Assembly (NCBI GenBank): GCA_003971905.1
Contig: RSEE01000122.1
Coordinates: 1 to 64,000, forward strand
Direction of reading: 5' to 3'
DNA from: Moniliella sp. 'wahieum'
Lineage: Eukaryota
Length of the DNA stretch: 64,000 nucleotides
Positions 63,020 through 64,000 of the stretch are shown in pieces (positions within the stretch are counted from its first letter, which is position 1; each line of letters opens with the position of its first letter). The position numbers were made by a program, and so were the translations under genes. The notes below the pieces were generated by a model. The model saw only the letters and a program-made list of their open reading frames with translations, did no database searches and was not told the origin of the DNA.

Positions 63020-63283
63020 GGCCGGCGAGAGGAGACGAGGGGGGGTGGTGAGCAGAGCAGAGCAGAGGTGCGTCGCTGCGTCGCCGCGTCGCCGCGCTGG
63101 ATTCGAGTCCATCAACGACCAGTCGGGGATGGATTTCGGATTTTGTTTTGGATTTCTTTTTGGGAGGAATTAATTGTTTGAGCGGGGGACGCTTTTTTTC
63201 TTCGCGGATTGGGCTACTACGTGACAACGCTGCCTTGCTTTGCGGTGCCCCCACCATCTTCGCTCTGGCTTTCTCCGTTTCCC

Positions 63284-64000
63284 ATGGCCAAGGGGAAAAG
63301 CAAGTTCGCTGCCCGCCGCGGCGCTAAGGCTCCGCAGCACGCTGGAAAACCCAAGACCGACGACCGTCACGAGCCTGACCCGCGCGACTTCCTCGACCAA
63401 TGGTGGACTCGGCCTGACGAGCAGCACAATGCGCGCTTCGAGTCGTATTACCGCACCCAGTCTATCCTTCCGCCCGAGGAACTGGAGAAGATGATGACTG
63501 TTATGCGCCAGCCGCTGCCCTCGACGTTCCGCATCGCCTCGGGCCGCGACTTTACTCAGCAGGTGGCCAACTATATGACCCGTGAGATGGCCCCTGCGTG
63601 TGCGGGGATTGAGTACGAGGGTGAGGCTGTACCGGCGCCATCGCAGCTGCCATGGTACCCCCCCAGTTGGGTTGGAACCTGGATGTGAAGAAGATGGTGC
63701 TGCGCAAACAGCCGCAGTTCAAGGCGTTGCACCAATGGCTCGTTGTCGAAACCGAGAGTGGGATGGTAAGCCGACAAGAAGCTGTCAGTATGTTGCCGCC
63801 CCTCTTCCTCAATGTGCAGCCGCACCACTTGGTTCTCGACTTGTGCGCCGCACCGGGTAGCAAGTCGGCCCAGCTGTTGGAGGGCATCCATGCCCCTCCT
63901 TGGCCCTCAGGGGCAAAACCAAGGCGCGCCGTTTGACCCCATGCCATTGGGTCTGGTGGTGGCTAATGAGCTCGACACAAAGCGGGCCAACCTCTTGTCG
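63284..64000 (+). CDS. NCL1: tRNA (cytosine-5)-methyltransferase Ncl1/Trm4/NSUN2, N-terminal part; runs off the window
   Basis: [74 protein letters not shown]. Confidence 0.92.

Overview
GC-rich fungal genomic DNA, most likely a smut-related basidiomycete (Ustilaginomycotina). This is inferred from compact genes, few short GTACGT...CTRAC...YAG introns and a basidiomycete-type gene set. About 17 protein-coding loci are recognisable: VPS39, MTQ2, a two-HKD phospholipase D-family gene, a Pho84-like MFS transporter, a siderophore-iron MFS transporter, an orphan, UBR1, TRS33, WC-2, purU, a RanGAP-family gene, a PalH/Rim21-type sensor, a PriB-like Zn2Cys6 transcription factor, MSH6 plus ECO1, an Msb1/Mug8-domain gene, CDC73 and NCL1/TRM4. 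Most are broken by small indels that look like unpolished long-read errors, so exact boundaries are approximate. Three things stand out. (1) One gene carries three tandem RanGAP units, the third degenerate, and probably ends in a transmembrane anchor. (2) MSH6 continues in frame, with no stop codon, into a complete Eco1 cohesin acetyltransferase. (3) Intergenic DNA shows a recurring 7-bp pattern, TNA followed by a 4-bp palindrome, in which the palindrome can change while the register is kept. Family assignments come from motif recognition only; no database searches were run.
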